25,853 nucleotides of DNA from a virus (Duplodnaviria > Caudoviricetes): positions 1-25,853 of the IMG/VR virus record IMGVR_UViG_3300037119_003317. The stretch is one strand, 5' to 3'. Position numbers and translations under genes: made by a program. Positions 13,743 to 22,807 of the stretch are shown in pieces; the stretch's first letter is position 1; each line of letters opens with the position of its first letter. The notes beneath the pieces were generated by a model. That model searched no databases. It saw only the letters and a list, made by a program, of their open reading frames with translations, and was not told where the DNA came from.

Positions 13743-15583
13743 TGGCGAAGCCCAAGCACGAGCCCCGCTCGAAGGAACTGGAGCCCGTCCCCGCTAGGAC
13801 CGCCACCCAGTTGTTCGCCTCCCACTCCCTGGTCGCCTCCACCGCCCGGTACGCGGGCAACGTCGCCACCGTCTACTCCACGGTCAAGGAATGGCAGCGC
13901 GAGGCCTACCGGCACTACGGCATCTGCGGAGAGGCCAGGTTCGCCGCCAACTACTTCGGCCACTCCATGTCGAGAGCCACCCTGTACGCCGCGCAGGACC
14001 TCAAGAAAGGCAGTGAGCCCCTCACCACCGGGACCGCAGCCGCCGCCCTCGACGACCTGTTCAACGGAGCGGACGGCCAGGCCCAGATGCTCACCGCCAT
14101 GGGCAAGCACCTCACCATCGCCGGAGAGTGCTACCTCGTCGGGAGGACCGTCGATGTCACCGACTCCGACAACGAGGTCATCGGAGAGGACGACATCTGG
14201 GAGGTCCTCTCCTGCCTGGAGGTGAAGAACAACGGTGGCAACTGGTCCATCAAGTCCGTCGACGAGGGCAAGCCCGACATCCTGCTCTCCGACGACGACG
14301 CCGTGATCCGCATCTGGCGACCCCACCCCGAGTACCGCCTCGAAGCCGACTCCCCGTTCCGGAGCCTGCTGCCGATCCTCCAAGAGATCGAGTGGCTCAC
14401 CCTGCACATCTTCGCCCAGTGCTCCAGCCGTCTCGCCGGGGCAGGGCTCCTGTTCGTCACCCAGGGCATCGACTTCCCACCCCCCAAGGACGACCAGGGA
14501 CGGCCCGTCGAGTACGCCACCGCAGCCGAAGGCCTGATGGCCGCGATGACCGACTACATGATGTCCGCCATCCGCGACCCCGCCAACCCCGCCAGCCTCG
14601 TGCCCGGAACCGTCTCGGTTCCCGAGGAGGTCATGAAGTCCGGCAAGATCGCCGAACTCGTCCACTTCTGGACCGACCTCGACGCCGCCTCCCTGGAGAT
14701 GCGCAACGCCGCCGTCCACCGGTTCGCCATCGGCATGGACATGAGCCCCGAGAAGATCGAGGGCAACAACTCCTCCACCGGGGGCGGGAACACCAACGGC
14801 CCCAACCACTGGGGCATGTGGCAGACCACTGAGGAGACCATCACTCTCCACATCGAGCCCATGCTCGACCTCATCACCAACTCGCTCACCATCGGCTACC
14901 TCCGCCCGCTCACCGGAGGCACCGAGGTGGTCCGCTACGAGACCTCCAAGCTTCGCCTCCGCCCCGACCGCTCCAAGGAGGCCATGGAACTGTTCAACCT
15001 CGGACTCTTGAAGCCCGAGGTGGTCGTCAAGGAGAACGGGTTCGACCCCGAGAACGACATGCTCGACGACGACGACCGACAGACGTTCCTGCTGATGAAG
15101 ATCGCCGGAGGATCGGCGACCCCCGATCAGGTGGGTGCAGCGCTCAAGGCCCTCGGAGTCGATCTCGGCCTACCTGTGGCGGTCCAGGGCCAGAGTCCCC
15201 GGGAGGCCAGGCCTGCACCCACCCTCGAAGACCACCCCGCGAGAGACATCCCCGAAGCGGCCAGTCTTCTCCTGCACGTCTGCGAGCCCCTCATCCTGCG
15301 CGGGCTCGAACGGGCAGGCAACCGGCTCCGGCAGACCCTCAAGGGCGGTGTCGAGATCGCACCCGGCACCAAGTCGTACGAGGTACACACCGTCATCCAG
15401 GCCAACGGCACCCTCGGCGCTGTGACCACGGATGCGTTCGCCACCGCCGACATCTGTCTGAACGGGATCGTCGACCCCGCCAGGGTCCTGCCCCTCCTCG
15501 AAGGGCACCTGGTCGACCTCATCGCCAACCAGAAGCCCTACAGCAGAGAGGGCCTCGCCAAGGTGCTGGAGTCCGTCGCATGA
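13742..15583 (+). CDS. Portal protein
   Basis: 613 aa following the terminase. WQREAY..Y...GEARFAANY, HLTIAGECYLV, IRIWRPHP...ADSP, SRLAGAGLL and NHWGMW match actinophage portal motifs. Confidence 0.85.
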   Translation: MAKPKHEPRSKELEPVPARTATQLFASHSLVASTARYAGNVATVYSTVKEWQREAYRHYGICGEARFAANYFGHSMSRATLYAAQDLKKGSEPLTTGTAAAALDDLFNGADGQAQMLTAMGKHLTIAGECYLVGRTVDVTDSDNEVIGEDDIWEVLSCLEVKNNGGNWSIKSVDEGKPDILLSDDDAVIRIWRPHPEYRLEADSPFRSLLPILQEIEWLTLHIFAQCSSRLAGAGLLFVTQGIDFPPPKDDQGRPVEYATAAEGLMAAMTDYMMSAIRDPANPASLVPGTVSVPEEVMKSGKIAELVHFWTDLDAASLEMRNAAVHRFAIGMDMSPEKIEGNNSSTGGGNTNGPNHWGMWQTTEETITLHIEPMLDLITNSLTIGYLRPLTGGTEVVRYETSKLRLRPDRSKEAMELFNLGLLKPEVVVKENGFDPENDMLDDDDRQTFLLMKIAGGSATPDQVGAALKALGVDLGLPVAVQGQSPREARPAPTLEDHPARDIPEAASLLLHVCEPLILRGLERAGNRLRQTLKGGVEIAPGTKSYEVHTVIQANGTLGAVTTDAFATADICLNGIVDPARVLPLLEGHLVDLIANQKPYSREGLAKVLESVA

Positions 15584-18246
15584 TCGTCCTGGCGTTCGAG
15601 GAGTTCGCGGAGCACCGCCGCAAGCAGCAGGTCGACATCGAGAACAACCTCCGCCCCCTGGTCAGACGCGCCCTCGACGGCACCCTCAACACGGACGGGT
15701 ACGGGGAACTCATCGACATGGTGCGGTCCATCTGGCGGGTCGTCCACACCCAGCAGGCCGGGTCCACCCGGGGCCACATCCCCGGCCAGTTCATCGACGA
15801 GATCCTCGACACCCTCCGGAAGACCGACCGGCCCAGCGGCAACAACACCACCATCAACCGGATCTCCACCTGGCTCGCCACCGCCATCCTCAGTCATGCC
15901 ACCCTCACCGCAGCCGACGACGACCAGGACGACCTCCTCCTCGAGTGGGTCGACATGAACGACGACCACGTACGCCACGAGCACCACGTCGCCAACGGCC
16001 AGCGGGTGAAGCCCGGGGAGAAGTTCAAGGTCGGCGGACACGACATGCCCTACCCCGGCTACCCCGGCGTCCCCATCGAACTGTGGATCAACTGCCGCTG
16101 CACCGTCAGGCCCATCCCCGCCGAGCAGTCGATCGCCGCCTCCGCGTTCATCATCACCCCCATCGAAGGAGACTTCGAGGCGTACTGCGTCCACGACGGC
16201 TGCCACGAGCGCGGCGAGTACTCCGTCTCATCCGACCACCCAGCCTGGTACGGGATCTTCTGTGCCGAGCACGCCCCCGAGCACGAGGACAAGGCGCTGT
16301 TCAAGGACTACAGCCCCGAGCAGCGCAAGAAGGCCCACACCCTCCCGGACGGGTCCTACCCCATCGAGGACTGCGCGGACCTGGCGAACGCCATCCAGGC
16401 CATCGGACGCGCCAAGGACCCCGCCAAGGCCAAGGCCCACATCCGGTCCAGGAAGAACACGCTCGGCTGCCCCGACGTGCAGATTCCCGAGACCTGGGCC
16501 ACCTACAGCACCGGCCCGGACTGGAACCACATCTACATCGGACCCGAGCGCATGACCACCACCGCAAGCGGCGGAATCATCAAGATCGACATCCCCACAT
16601 GGTTCACTAACCAGCAGGAAACGCCTTCCGAAGGAGTCACCATGACCGACGAGACCACTCCCGAACTCGAGGAGACCGAGGTCGAAGCCACTGACGAAGG
16701 TCCAGGCCTCATCCCCTGGCACGGTGTCATCACCGTCGAGGGCGTCACCTCCGGGGACGGCAGGAAGTTCGCCCTGGGCGCACTCCGCACCCGGCCCCTC
16801 CCCCTCCCCATGACCCACCAGAAGATGTCCGGCGACGGACACAGCCAGGCAGCGGTGGTAGCGAGGATCGACCGCGCCGTCCGGGTCCCCGTCGACGGCT
16901 ACAACGAGATCCGCGCCAACGGCGTCATGCTCGCCAACCCCGAGTCCGACTACGCCATCGGACTGATGGGCGAGTTCGGCAAGTTCGGGGTCTCCGTCGA
17001 CGCCGACGACGCCACCATGGAGGTCGACGACGAGGCCGAGGAGATGGTGTTCACCGACGCCAGGCAGGCCGGCGCCTGCATCGTCCCCATCCCCGCCTTC
17101 CACCAGGCCTACGTCCAGCTCGGCGAAGCGCCCGAGGACTTCTGGGACGGCGGCAAGGACCTGGAGACCGTGCACGGCGAACCCGACCAGGCCCTCGTCG
17201 CAGCCGACGCGCCCGTGGACGTGTTCGTCGACATCGCTCCCGGGAAGACCGAGGACGGACCCGGCTGGCTCACCCACCCCGTCGACACCGACCGTCTCCG
17301 GGACTACTGGGTGCGTGGACCGGGTGCCGCCAAGATCGGCTGGGGCACACCCGGCGACTTCAACCGGTGCCGCCTCAACGTGGCCGAGTACGTGAAGCCC
17401 CAGTACATCAACGGCTACTGCGCCAACCGGCACTACGACGCCCTCGGCATCTGGCCCGGACCTGACGCCCACGCTGCGGACACCCTGGAACTGACGGACC
17501 GCACCCCCGCCCAGGTCCTCACCGTGACCGCAGCCGGGGAGTACGCCACCAAGGCACCGCACGAGTGGTTCGAGATGGAGGAGCCCGACCACGTCCAGCC
17601 CCTCACCATCACCGAGGACGGACAGGTCTACGGCCACGTCGCGGACTGGAAGACCTGCCACGCCAACTCAGCTGCCTACGGCGAATGCTTCCTGGCACCC
17701 AGGTCCCCCAGCGGGTACGCCCACTTCCTGCTCGGGGAGGTCCTCACCGACAAGGGTCCGCTGCCCATCGGGCGTCTCACGGTCGGAGCCGGCCACGCCA
17801 ACGGACGGCTCGGCCTGCGCCCCGCCACCGAGCACTACGACAACGCCAGCACCGTCTACGCGGCAGTGTCCTGCAAGGACGGCGAGCACGGCATCTGGGT
17901 GTGCGGCTGGGTCCCCCCCGGCACACCCGAGGACCTGGTGATCGCAGCCCGCGCCTGCCCGCCCTCCGGCGACTGGCGCAAGACCCCACAGGGGCTCGAC
18001 ATGATCGCGGCCCACTCCGTGGTCGCACCCGGCTACGCCATCCCCAGGGTCGCCGCCTCCATGCACGACGGGGAAGTCATCTCCCTCGTCGCCGCAGGAG
18101 CGGTCGAGGTGGAGCCCGAGGAGCACGCCGCGCCGGTCGACGTGGACGCTCTCGCTGACGCGGTGGTCGCCAAGATCGCCCAGGCCCAGGAACGCAAGGA
18201 GGGGTTCGAGGCCCTTCGTGCCCGCTACTCGGAGGAGGCAGTCTGA
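15580..18246 (+). CDS. MuF-like minor head protein / capsid maturation protease fusion
   Basis: MuF motif W....D..VR..H....GQ......F.VGG....YPG......INCRC. Protease-like WHGVITVEG..SGDGRKF and GVSVDAD. C-terminal GQVYGHVA.W..CH and SGDWR. Confidence 0.85.
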   Translation: MIVLAFEEFAEHRRKQQVDIENNLRPLVRRALDGTLNTDGYGELIDMVRSIWRVVHTQQAGSTRGHIPGQFIDEILDTLRKTDRPSGNNTTINRISTWLATAILSHATLTAADDDQDDLLLEWVDMNDDHVRHEHHVANGQRVKPGEKFKVGGHDMPYPGYPGVPIELWINCRCTVRPIPAEQSIAASAFIITPIEGDFEAYCVHDGCHERGEYSVSSDHPAWYGIFCAEHAPEHEDKALFKDYSPEQRKKAHTLPDGSYPIEDCADLANAIQAIGRAKDPAKAKAHIRSRKNTLGCPDVQIPETWATYSTGPDWNHIYIGPERMTTTASGGIIKIDIPTWFTNQQETPSEGVTMTDETTPELEETEVEATDEGPGLIPWHGVITVEGVTSGDGRKFALGALRTRPLPLPMTHQKMSGDGHSQAAVVARIDRAVRVPVDGYNEIRANGVMLANPESDYAIGLMGEFGKFGVSVDADDATMEVDDEAEEMVFTDARQAGACIVPIPAFHQAYVQLGEAPEDFWDGGKDLETVHGEPDQALVAADAPVDVFVDIAPGKTEDGPGWLTHPVDTDRLRDYWVRGPGAAKIGWGTPGDFNRCRLNVAEYVKPQYINGYCANRHYDALGIWPGPDAHAADTLELTDRTPAQVLTVTAAGEYATKAPHEWFEMEEPDHVQPLTITEDGQVYGHVADWKTCHANSAAYGECFLAPRSPSGYAHFLLGEVLTDKGPLPIGRLTVGAGHANGRLGLRPATEHYDNASTVYAAVSCKDGEHGIWVCGWVPPGTPEDLVIAARACPPSGDWRKTPQGLDMIAAHSVVAPGYAIPRVAASMHDGEVISLVAAGAVEVEPEEHAAPVDVDALADAVVAKIAQAQERKEGFEALRARYSEEAV

Positions 18247-18392
18247 TGGCGTGCGGGTGCAACAAGAACAAGGTCAAGGCCTACGTGTACACCGCCCCTG
18301 ACGGGGCACAGACCCAGAAGGCCACCGAGGTCGAGGCCAACGCCATGAAGATCCGTGCCGGGAACGTCGGCAAGGTCGAAGCGAAGACGTAG
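18246..18392 (+). CDS. Small head-module protein (48 aa, MACGC N-terminus)
   Basis: Manual translation MACGCNKNKVKAYVYTAPDGAQTQKATEVEANAMKIRAG..., GGAGGAGG RBS, TGATG overlap. Confidence 0.75.
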   Translation: MACGCNKNKVKAYVYTAPDGAQTQKATEVEANAMKIRAGNVGKVEAKT

Positions 18393-18437
18393 TACCGTCA
18401 GAACCCACCGGATCAACCAACCAGCAGGAGAGTCCAC

Positions 18438-18824
18438 ATGGCAATCAAGGTCAACGATGTCAACGAGCGGGTCGGCACCGCTGCCGAGTGGGCTGCGTCC
18501 ACTCTGGTGCTCGCCGCCGGAGAGCGCGGTGTCTCCTCGGACACCGGAGAGATCAAGGTAGGGGACGGCACCAACGTCTGGTCCGCCCTCACCTCAGAGG
18601 GCCGCGAAGGAACCGCCGTGCTCGTCGGCGGCACCGTGACGGTCACCAACGCGACCATCACCGCGAAGACCATCGCGGTGGCCTCGTGCCAGGTCATCGG
18701 CACCGTCACCCGCCCCCAGGGCATCGGTGTCCACTCCCGGACCCCGGGCACCTCCATCGTGTTCCGGTCCACAGATGCGACCGACACGAGCACCATCGGC
18801 TACATCCTGGTCGAGGGCCCGTAG
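18438..18824 (+). CDS. Virion protein with Mtd-N/hyaluronidase-N-like domain (128 aa)
   Basis: GTAAEWAA...VLAAGERG...DTGEIKVGDGTNVWSAL, AGGAG RBS. Confidence 0.75.
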   Translation: MAIKVNDVNERVGTAAEWAASTLVLAAGERGVSSDTGEIKVGDGTNVWSALTSEGREGTAVLVGGTVTVTNATITAKTIAVASCQVIGTVTRPQGIGVHSRTPGTSIVFRSTDATDTSTIGYILVEGP

Positions 18825-18844
18825 TCTCAAGCACCCCCCATAGC

Positions 18845-18886
18845 AACAGCCCCCGAAGCCTCGACCCTCCGGGGGCTGTTCGCTTT
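18845..18886. terminator. Hairpin terminator between convergent genes
   Basis: AACAGCCCCCG...CGGGGGCTGTT stem followed by CGCTTT. Confidence 0.75.
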
Positions 18887-18901
18887 GATAAGCCGCTTAT
18901 C
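18887..18901. promoter_or_regulatory. 15-bp palindrome A, copy 8
   Basis: GATAAGCCGCTTATC abutting the terminator and overlapping the holin stop codon. Confidence 0.8.
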
Positions 18902-19250
18902 AGTCCGAGATCAGCGTGTCCTGCGCCTTCTGCTGGATCGCGGTCCCGTTCCACAGGCCGTAGTGCATGGCCACACCGATCACGAACGTGGTCAGGGTAG
19001 TGATGAGCGCCTGCTGCCAGTGGAAGTTCGCGCTGTTGATGTACTCGGTCAGGAACCCCGAGACCGCCGACAGGCCCAGCAGGGTCAGCGACTTCACCGT
19101 CTTGTTGGTGGTCCGCTTGGTCACCAGGGCGACCAGGATCGGCAGGAACACCGCCACGAACAGCGAGGCCACCTGCACCGTGTCCAGCCCCGAGTAGGCG
19201 GTCGGATCAATCGTGTTGTCGAGGTCACCCTCGGCACCTAGGAACATCAT
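18900..19250 (-). CDS. Holin
   Basis: Three hydrophobic segments, LPILVALVTK and HYGLW motifs, GAAGGAG RBS, downstream of the endolysin. Confidence 0.75.
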   Translation of the reverse strand: MMFLGAEGDLDNTIDPTAYSGLDTVQVASLFVAVFLPILVALVTKRTTNKTVKSLTLLGLSAVSGFLTEYINSANFHWQQALITTLTTFVIGVAMHYGLWNGTAIQQKAQDTLISD

Positions 19251-19277
19251 TCGGTTACTCCTTCGTGTTGATGGTGG

Positions 19278-19391
19278 CTACATCCTGCCCCAGTACCAGC
19301 CCCAGACGTTCCACCAGCGTGGCGTCAGAGCACACGCGCCGATGTGGATGCCCCTCATGCAGCGCCACCCCTTGGGCTCCTGGCACCTCAT
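19278..19391 (-). CDS. Cys/Trp-rich micro-protein (37 aa)
   Basis: MRCQEPKGWRCMRGIHIGACALTPRWWNVWGWYWGRM, ATGA overlap with the endolysin stop. Confidence 0.5.
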   Translation of the reverse strand: MRCQEPKGWRCMRGIHIGACALTPRWWNVWGWYWGRM

Positions 19392-20050
19392 CGCTGCGGC
19401 ATCTCTCGGAGGATCTTCCGGAGCTCTCTGCGCTCCCGCTTGATCTCCTCCAGGGCCTTCTGCGCCTTCACCCTGTTCTCGGGGGTGTCGCCCAGGAACG
19501 CGATCGCCGCAGACAACTCGTGCAGCGCACCCACGATGGCGTCGCGGGCCTTCGTCACCTTCGTCTCGGTAGGAATCTCGAGCCCACCCTTCATCACGAA
19601 CTCGTACTCGGCACCAGTGAACACCGCCTTCGGGTTGGGGCGGTACGGGTAGGTGTCCTGGGTGTCCCCCACCAGTCCGTTCTCCCCCCGGTCGAACTTG
19701 CCGATCTGGGCGAACGCGCTCTCCGTCAGGTTCCGCCGGTTCACCCGGTTCTCGAAGATCAGTACCCCGTGCCCGTGCTCCGGCCACACCCCCGGCAGCA
19801 TCTCGCGGGGCCAGTGCGCGAACCCGATGTCACGGAAGACCCGCATCTTCCGTACGTGGTCCCAGTAGGCGGTGTCCACGGCCCGGCCCTTCAAGTGGGT
19901 CCCACCCGAGGCCTCCGCGCCGCCGATGCCCTGGATGATCGTCAGCGGGTACCCCAACTTGTGCTCGGCCATCATCACCGCAGCGATCGTCGCGTTGTCC
20001 AAAGGCCGGCCCCGGTACTCACTGATGGAGTACGGATTCGGTACTGCCAT
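19388..20050 (-). CDS. Endolysin, M15-like Zn peptidase
   Basis: LTIIQG...SGGTHLKGRAVD (H-x6-D) and WPEHGH (HxH), GAGGAG RBS, adjacent to the holin. Confidence 0.75.
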   Translation of the reverse strand: MAVPNPYSISEYRGRPLDNATIAAVMMAEHKLGYPLTIIQGIGGAEASGGTHLKGRAVDTAYWDHVRKMRVFRDIGFAHWPREMLPGVWPEHGHGVLIFENRVNRRNLTESAFAQIGKFDRGENGLVGDTQDTYPYRPNPKAVFTGAEYEFVMKGGLEIPTETKVTKARDAIVGALHELSAAIAFLGDTPENRVKAQKALEEIKRERRELRKILREMPQR

Positions 20051-20224
20051 GGCTGCTCCTCACTCGTCGGACGGTCACCGACACGCTACGCCTCGCCGCC
20101 CCCCTTCTCGCGGAACTCCCCGGATCCATGTACAGTCCGTCAGCAGAACGTCCAGCGGTCTTGGTGCCCGGTGACAGCCAGCGAGTCAACCCTTAGGTCA
20201 ACTCCCATTCACCAGGAGCCCACG

Positions 20225-21883
20225 ATGGACAAGTTCAACGACATCACCGACGAGGCTCTCGCCGCGCTGCGCCAGGAGAAGCTTTCAGCCCTCCAGCCGC
20301 TCCTCGTCGAGAACGCCACCGCCGAGCAGCAGGCCCAGGCCCTCGCCCTCGACGCCGAACTCTCTGAGATCGACGCCGAGAAGGCCGAGCGTGCCGAGGC
20401 AGCGGCCAAGTTCGCCGCACTCCGCAGCAAGGACTTTTCAGAGGCACCCGCCGAGGTTGAAGCCGCCGAAGCGGTCGCCGAGGAAGCCGACGAGGAGCCC
20501 GAGTCCGACGAGGAGCCTGAGGCTTCCGCCGACGACGAGCCCGAAGCCGAGGCCGAGACCGCCGAGGTTGCCGCCACCACCGAGACGAAGGCATCCAACG
20601 TGAAGAAGGTCGCCGCACAGACCAAGCGTCCTGCGGTACCGGAGACGCCTCAGCGTCACCTCACCGTGATCGCCGCCGCCGACGCGGGATTCCCCGCCGG
20701 GTCCGAGATGGACTTGGAGGACCTCGCCCAGGGTGTGGTCAACCGCTTGAAGGGAATGCCGGAGCCTGACGGCAACGGAGAAGGGTACGACCTCCGCAAG
20801 TTCGGGGTCGCCACCATCGAGAAGCCCTTCGACCCGGAGTTCATCGTCGACCGTGGCACGGACTCCGACGAGGTGTTCGAGCGGGCCAGCCAGGAGTCTC
20901 GCCTTCCGGGCGGCTCCCTGGTCGAGTCGCTCCGGCTCCGCTCCGACGACCCGAACTCCCTGGTCGCGGCCAACGGCTGGTGTGCCCCCTCCGAGACGGT
21001 CTACGACCTCACCACTGACGAGACCCTGGAAGGGATCCTGTCGCTGCCCGAGGTCCAGATCCGTCGCGGTGGCATCCGCTACACCATGGGTCCCCAGTTC
21101 GCGGACTTCTACACCAACGCAGGCTTCGTGCAGACGGAGGCCCAGGCCATCGCCGGGACCACCAAGCCCTGCTACGAGGTCACCTGCCCCACGTTCACCG
21201 ACGTGCGGCTCGACGCGGTGGGTGTCTGCATCAAGGTGCCGATCCTGCTCAACGCCGGTTACCCGGAGATGACGCAGCGCTTCGTCTCCGGCACCCTGGT
21301 GGCCCACGAGCACATGAAGAACGCCAACGTGATCGGGCGCATCGTCACCGCGTCCGGCGCCGCCCGCGTCTTCGCCGGTAACGGAGGCTCCTCGGCTGAC
21401 GCCCTGGAGGCTCTGGAGATGGCAGCGGACCAGCGCAGGCAGACCTACCGCCTGGGCCTCAGCCACACGCTGGAGGTCGTGGTTCCGTTCTGGGTCAAGG
21501 GCATGTACCGCTCCGACCTGGGACGCCGCAACGGTCGCCCGCCGGAGGCTGTGTCCGACGCCGAGATCCAGGCGCACTTCGCGGCCCGCAACCTGGCCGT
21601 GAACTTCGTCTACGACTGGCAGGTGCTCGACCCGACGGTGGAGGTCTACCCGACCACCTACCAGGTGCTCCTGTACCCGGCTGGAACGTTCGTGAAGGGC
21701 GTCTCCAACGTCATCAACCTCTCCGCCGTCTACGACGCGGCGAGCCTGGCCGGGAACATGTACACCGGTCTGTTCGTCGAGGAGGGCCTGCTGGTCGCCC
21801 AGAAGAAGTTCGGGTCCGACCTCCTCACCCTGCCGACCTGCAACGCCGGTCGCACGGGTGCCGCCAACCTCACCTGCGCGTGA
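20225..21883 (+). CDS. Major capsid (hexamer-type) protein with N-terminal scaffold-like region (552 aa)
   Basis: ATG 20225 after AGGAG. Coiled/acidic N-terminus, then SLVAANGWCAPSETVYD, LPEVQIRRGGI and KPCYEVTCP.F.DVRLD. Confidence 0.85.
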   Translation: MDKFNDITDEALAALRQEKLSALQPLLVENATAEQQAQALALDAELSEIDAEKAERAEAAAKFAALRSKDFSEAPAEVEAAEAVAEEADEEPESDEEPEASADDEPEAEAETAEVAATTETKASNVKKVAAQTKRPAVPETPQRHLTVIAAADAGFPAGSEMDLEDLAQGVVNRLKGMPEPDGNGEGYDLRKFGVATIEKPFDPEFIVDRGTDSDEVFERASQESRLPGGSLVESLRLRSDDPNSLVAANGWCAPSETVYDLTTDETLEGILSLPEVQIRRGGIRYTMGPQFADFYTNAGFVQTEAQAIAGTTKPCYEVTCPTFTDVRLDAVGVCIKVPILLNAGYPEMTQRFVSGTLVAHEHMKNANVIGRIVTASGAARVFAGNGGSSADALEALEMAADQRRQTYRLGLSHTLEVVVPFWVKGMYRSDLGRRNGRPPEAVSDAEIQAHFAARNLAVNFVYDWQVLDPTVEVYPTTYQVLLYPAGTFVKGVSNVINLSAVYDAASLAGNMYTGLFVEEGLLVAQKKFGSDLLTLPTCNAGRTGAANLTCA

Positions 21884-21889
21884 GTCTGA

Positions 21890-21922
21890 GGGCCGGGGTG
21901 GCGAGCGCAACCACCCCGGCCC
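21890..21922 (+). terminator. GC-rich hairpin between the two capsid genes
   Basis: 12-bp perfect stem GGGCCGGGGTGG/CCACCCCGGCCC, no U-tract. Confidence 0.65.
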
Positions 21923-21945
21923 CCACCACCTGAGAGGAGGCGCAG

Positions 21946-22797
21946 ATGACGGTCACACAGATCGCCTACCCGGTCGCACCAGCGGTCGAGAGGCTCAGAG
22001 GAACACTCCTCGACGCAGCCACAGTCACCAACGACTTCAAGTGGCTCGACGGTGGAGACCTGTTCCTGTCCTGGAACGGACTCCAGTTCGCTGCCCGGGC
22101 CGGGATCTGCACCCCCACCGACAAGCAGCTGGACCAGACCTCCACCTGGGTCGACGGGTTCAGGTTCGCCGCCTACGGGGGCATCACCTGCAAGTTGACC
22201 GACATGGACGAGCAGGAGTCGGGCGCCATGGGGGCGTTCCTCAAGGGTGAGTCCATCGCGGTCGAGAAGGCCCTCATGGAACTCCGGTTCGCCGAGAACG
22301 CCGCCGCAGGCACCGACGAGCCCGAGGACGACATGACGGCTCTCAACATTCCCTACGCCTGGGCTGCCCCGGTCGATGTCACCCCTACCCCTGCGACAGC
22401 CGTGTCCCCAGGCGTCGGGATCGGCCTTCTCGAGGAGTACGCGGGATCGGTGTACGTGGGCGCTCCCACCATCCACGTCCCCCGGTCCATCGGCTCCCTG
22501 CTGATGCGGACCGATGGGCTGGACTACGACGGCGACGTGCTCCGCACCACGCTCGGCTCCAAGGTCGCGGCAGGAGCGGGGTACGCCTACCCCAACCTGG
22601 GGCCTGACGGCACCGAGCCCGCTGATGACGAGCGCTGGCTCTACGCCACCGGAGAGGTCTTCGTCGGCAGGTCCGAGGCCATCGCCCGCTCAGCGTTCAA
22701 CCAGGAGACCAACGAGATGGTTACCCTGGTCGAGCGAGGCTACATCGTCGCGGTCGACACGTTCGTGGCAGCCGTACTGGTCAACCTGGAATCCTGA
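21946..22797 (+). CDS. Second capsid protein, probable pentamer-type (283 aa)
   Basis: FAAYGGITC, GESIAVEKAL, IGLLEEYA, TIHVPR, LRTTLGSKVAAGAGY, WLYATGEV and N....LVERGY. Position after the major capsid gene, GAGGAGG RBS. Confidence 0.7.
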   Translation: MTVTQIAYPVAPAVERLRGTLLDAATVTNDFKWLDGGDLFLSWNGLQFAARAGICTPTDKQLDQTSTWVDGFRFAAYGGITCKLTDMDEQESGAMGAFLKGESIAVEKALMELRFAENAAAGTDEPEDDMTALNIPYAWAAPVDVTPTPATAVSPGVGIGLLEEYAGSVYVGAPTIHVPRSIGSLLMRTDGLDYDGDVLRTTLGSKVAAGAGYAYPNLGPDGTEPADDERWLYATGEVFVGRSEAIARSAFNQETNEMVTLVERGYIVAVDTFVAAVLVNLES

Positions 22798-22807
22798 GGA
22801 GAAACAG

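Noticed and set aside
1997-18901. Palindrome A as CRISPR repeats or integron attC sites
   Set aside because: Copies are only 15 bp and irregularly dispersed, one is intragenic, and there is no regular spacer structure, cas gene or integrase in view.
19265-20224. 320-aa N-terminal extension of the capsid ORF (872-aa call)
   Set aside because: It overlaps the minus-strand endolysin. ATG 20225 has a good RBS and coding-like composition starts there.
12429-21910. Long antisense ORFs (e.g. 12429-13415, 13697-14851, 16228-17661, 20438-21910)
   Set aside because: Shadow ORFs typical of high-GC codon bias opposite well-supported genes.
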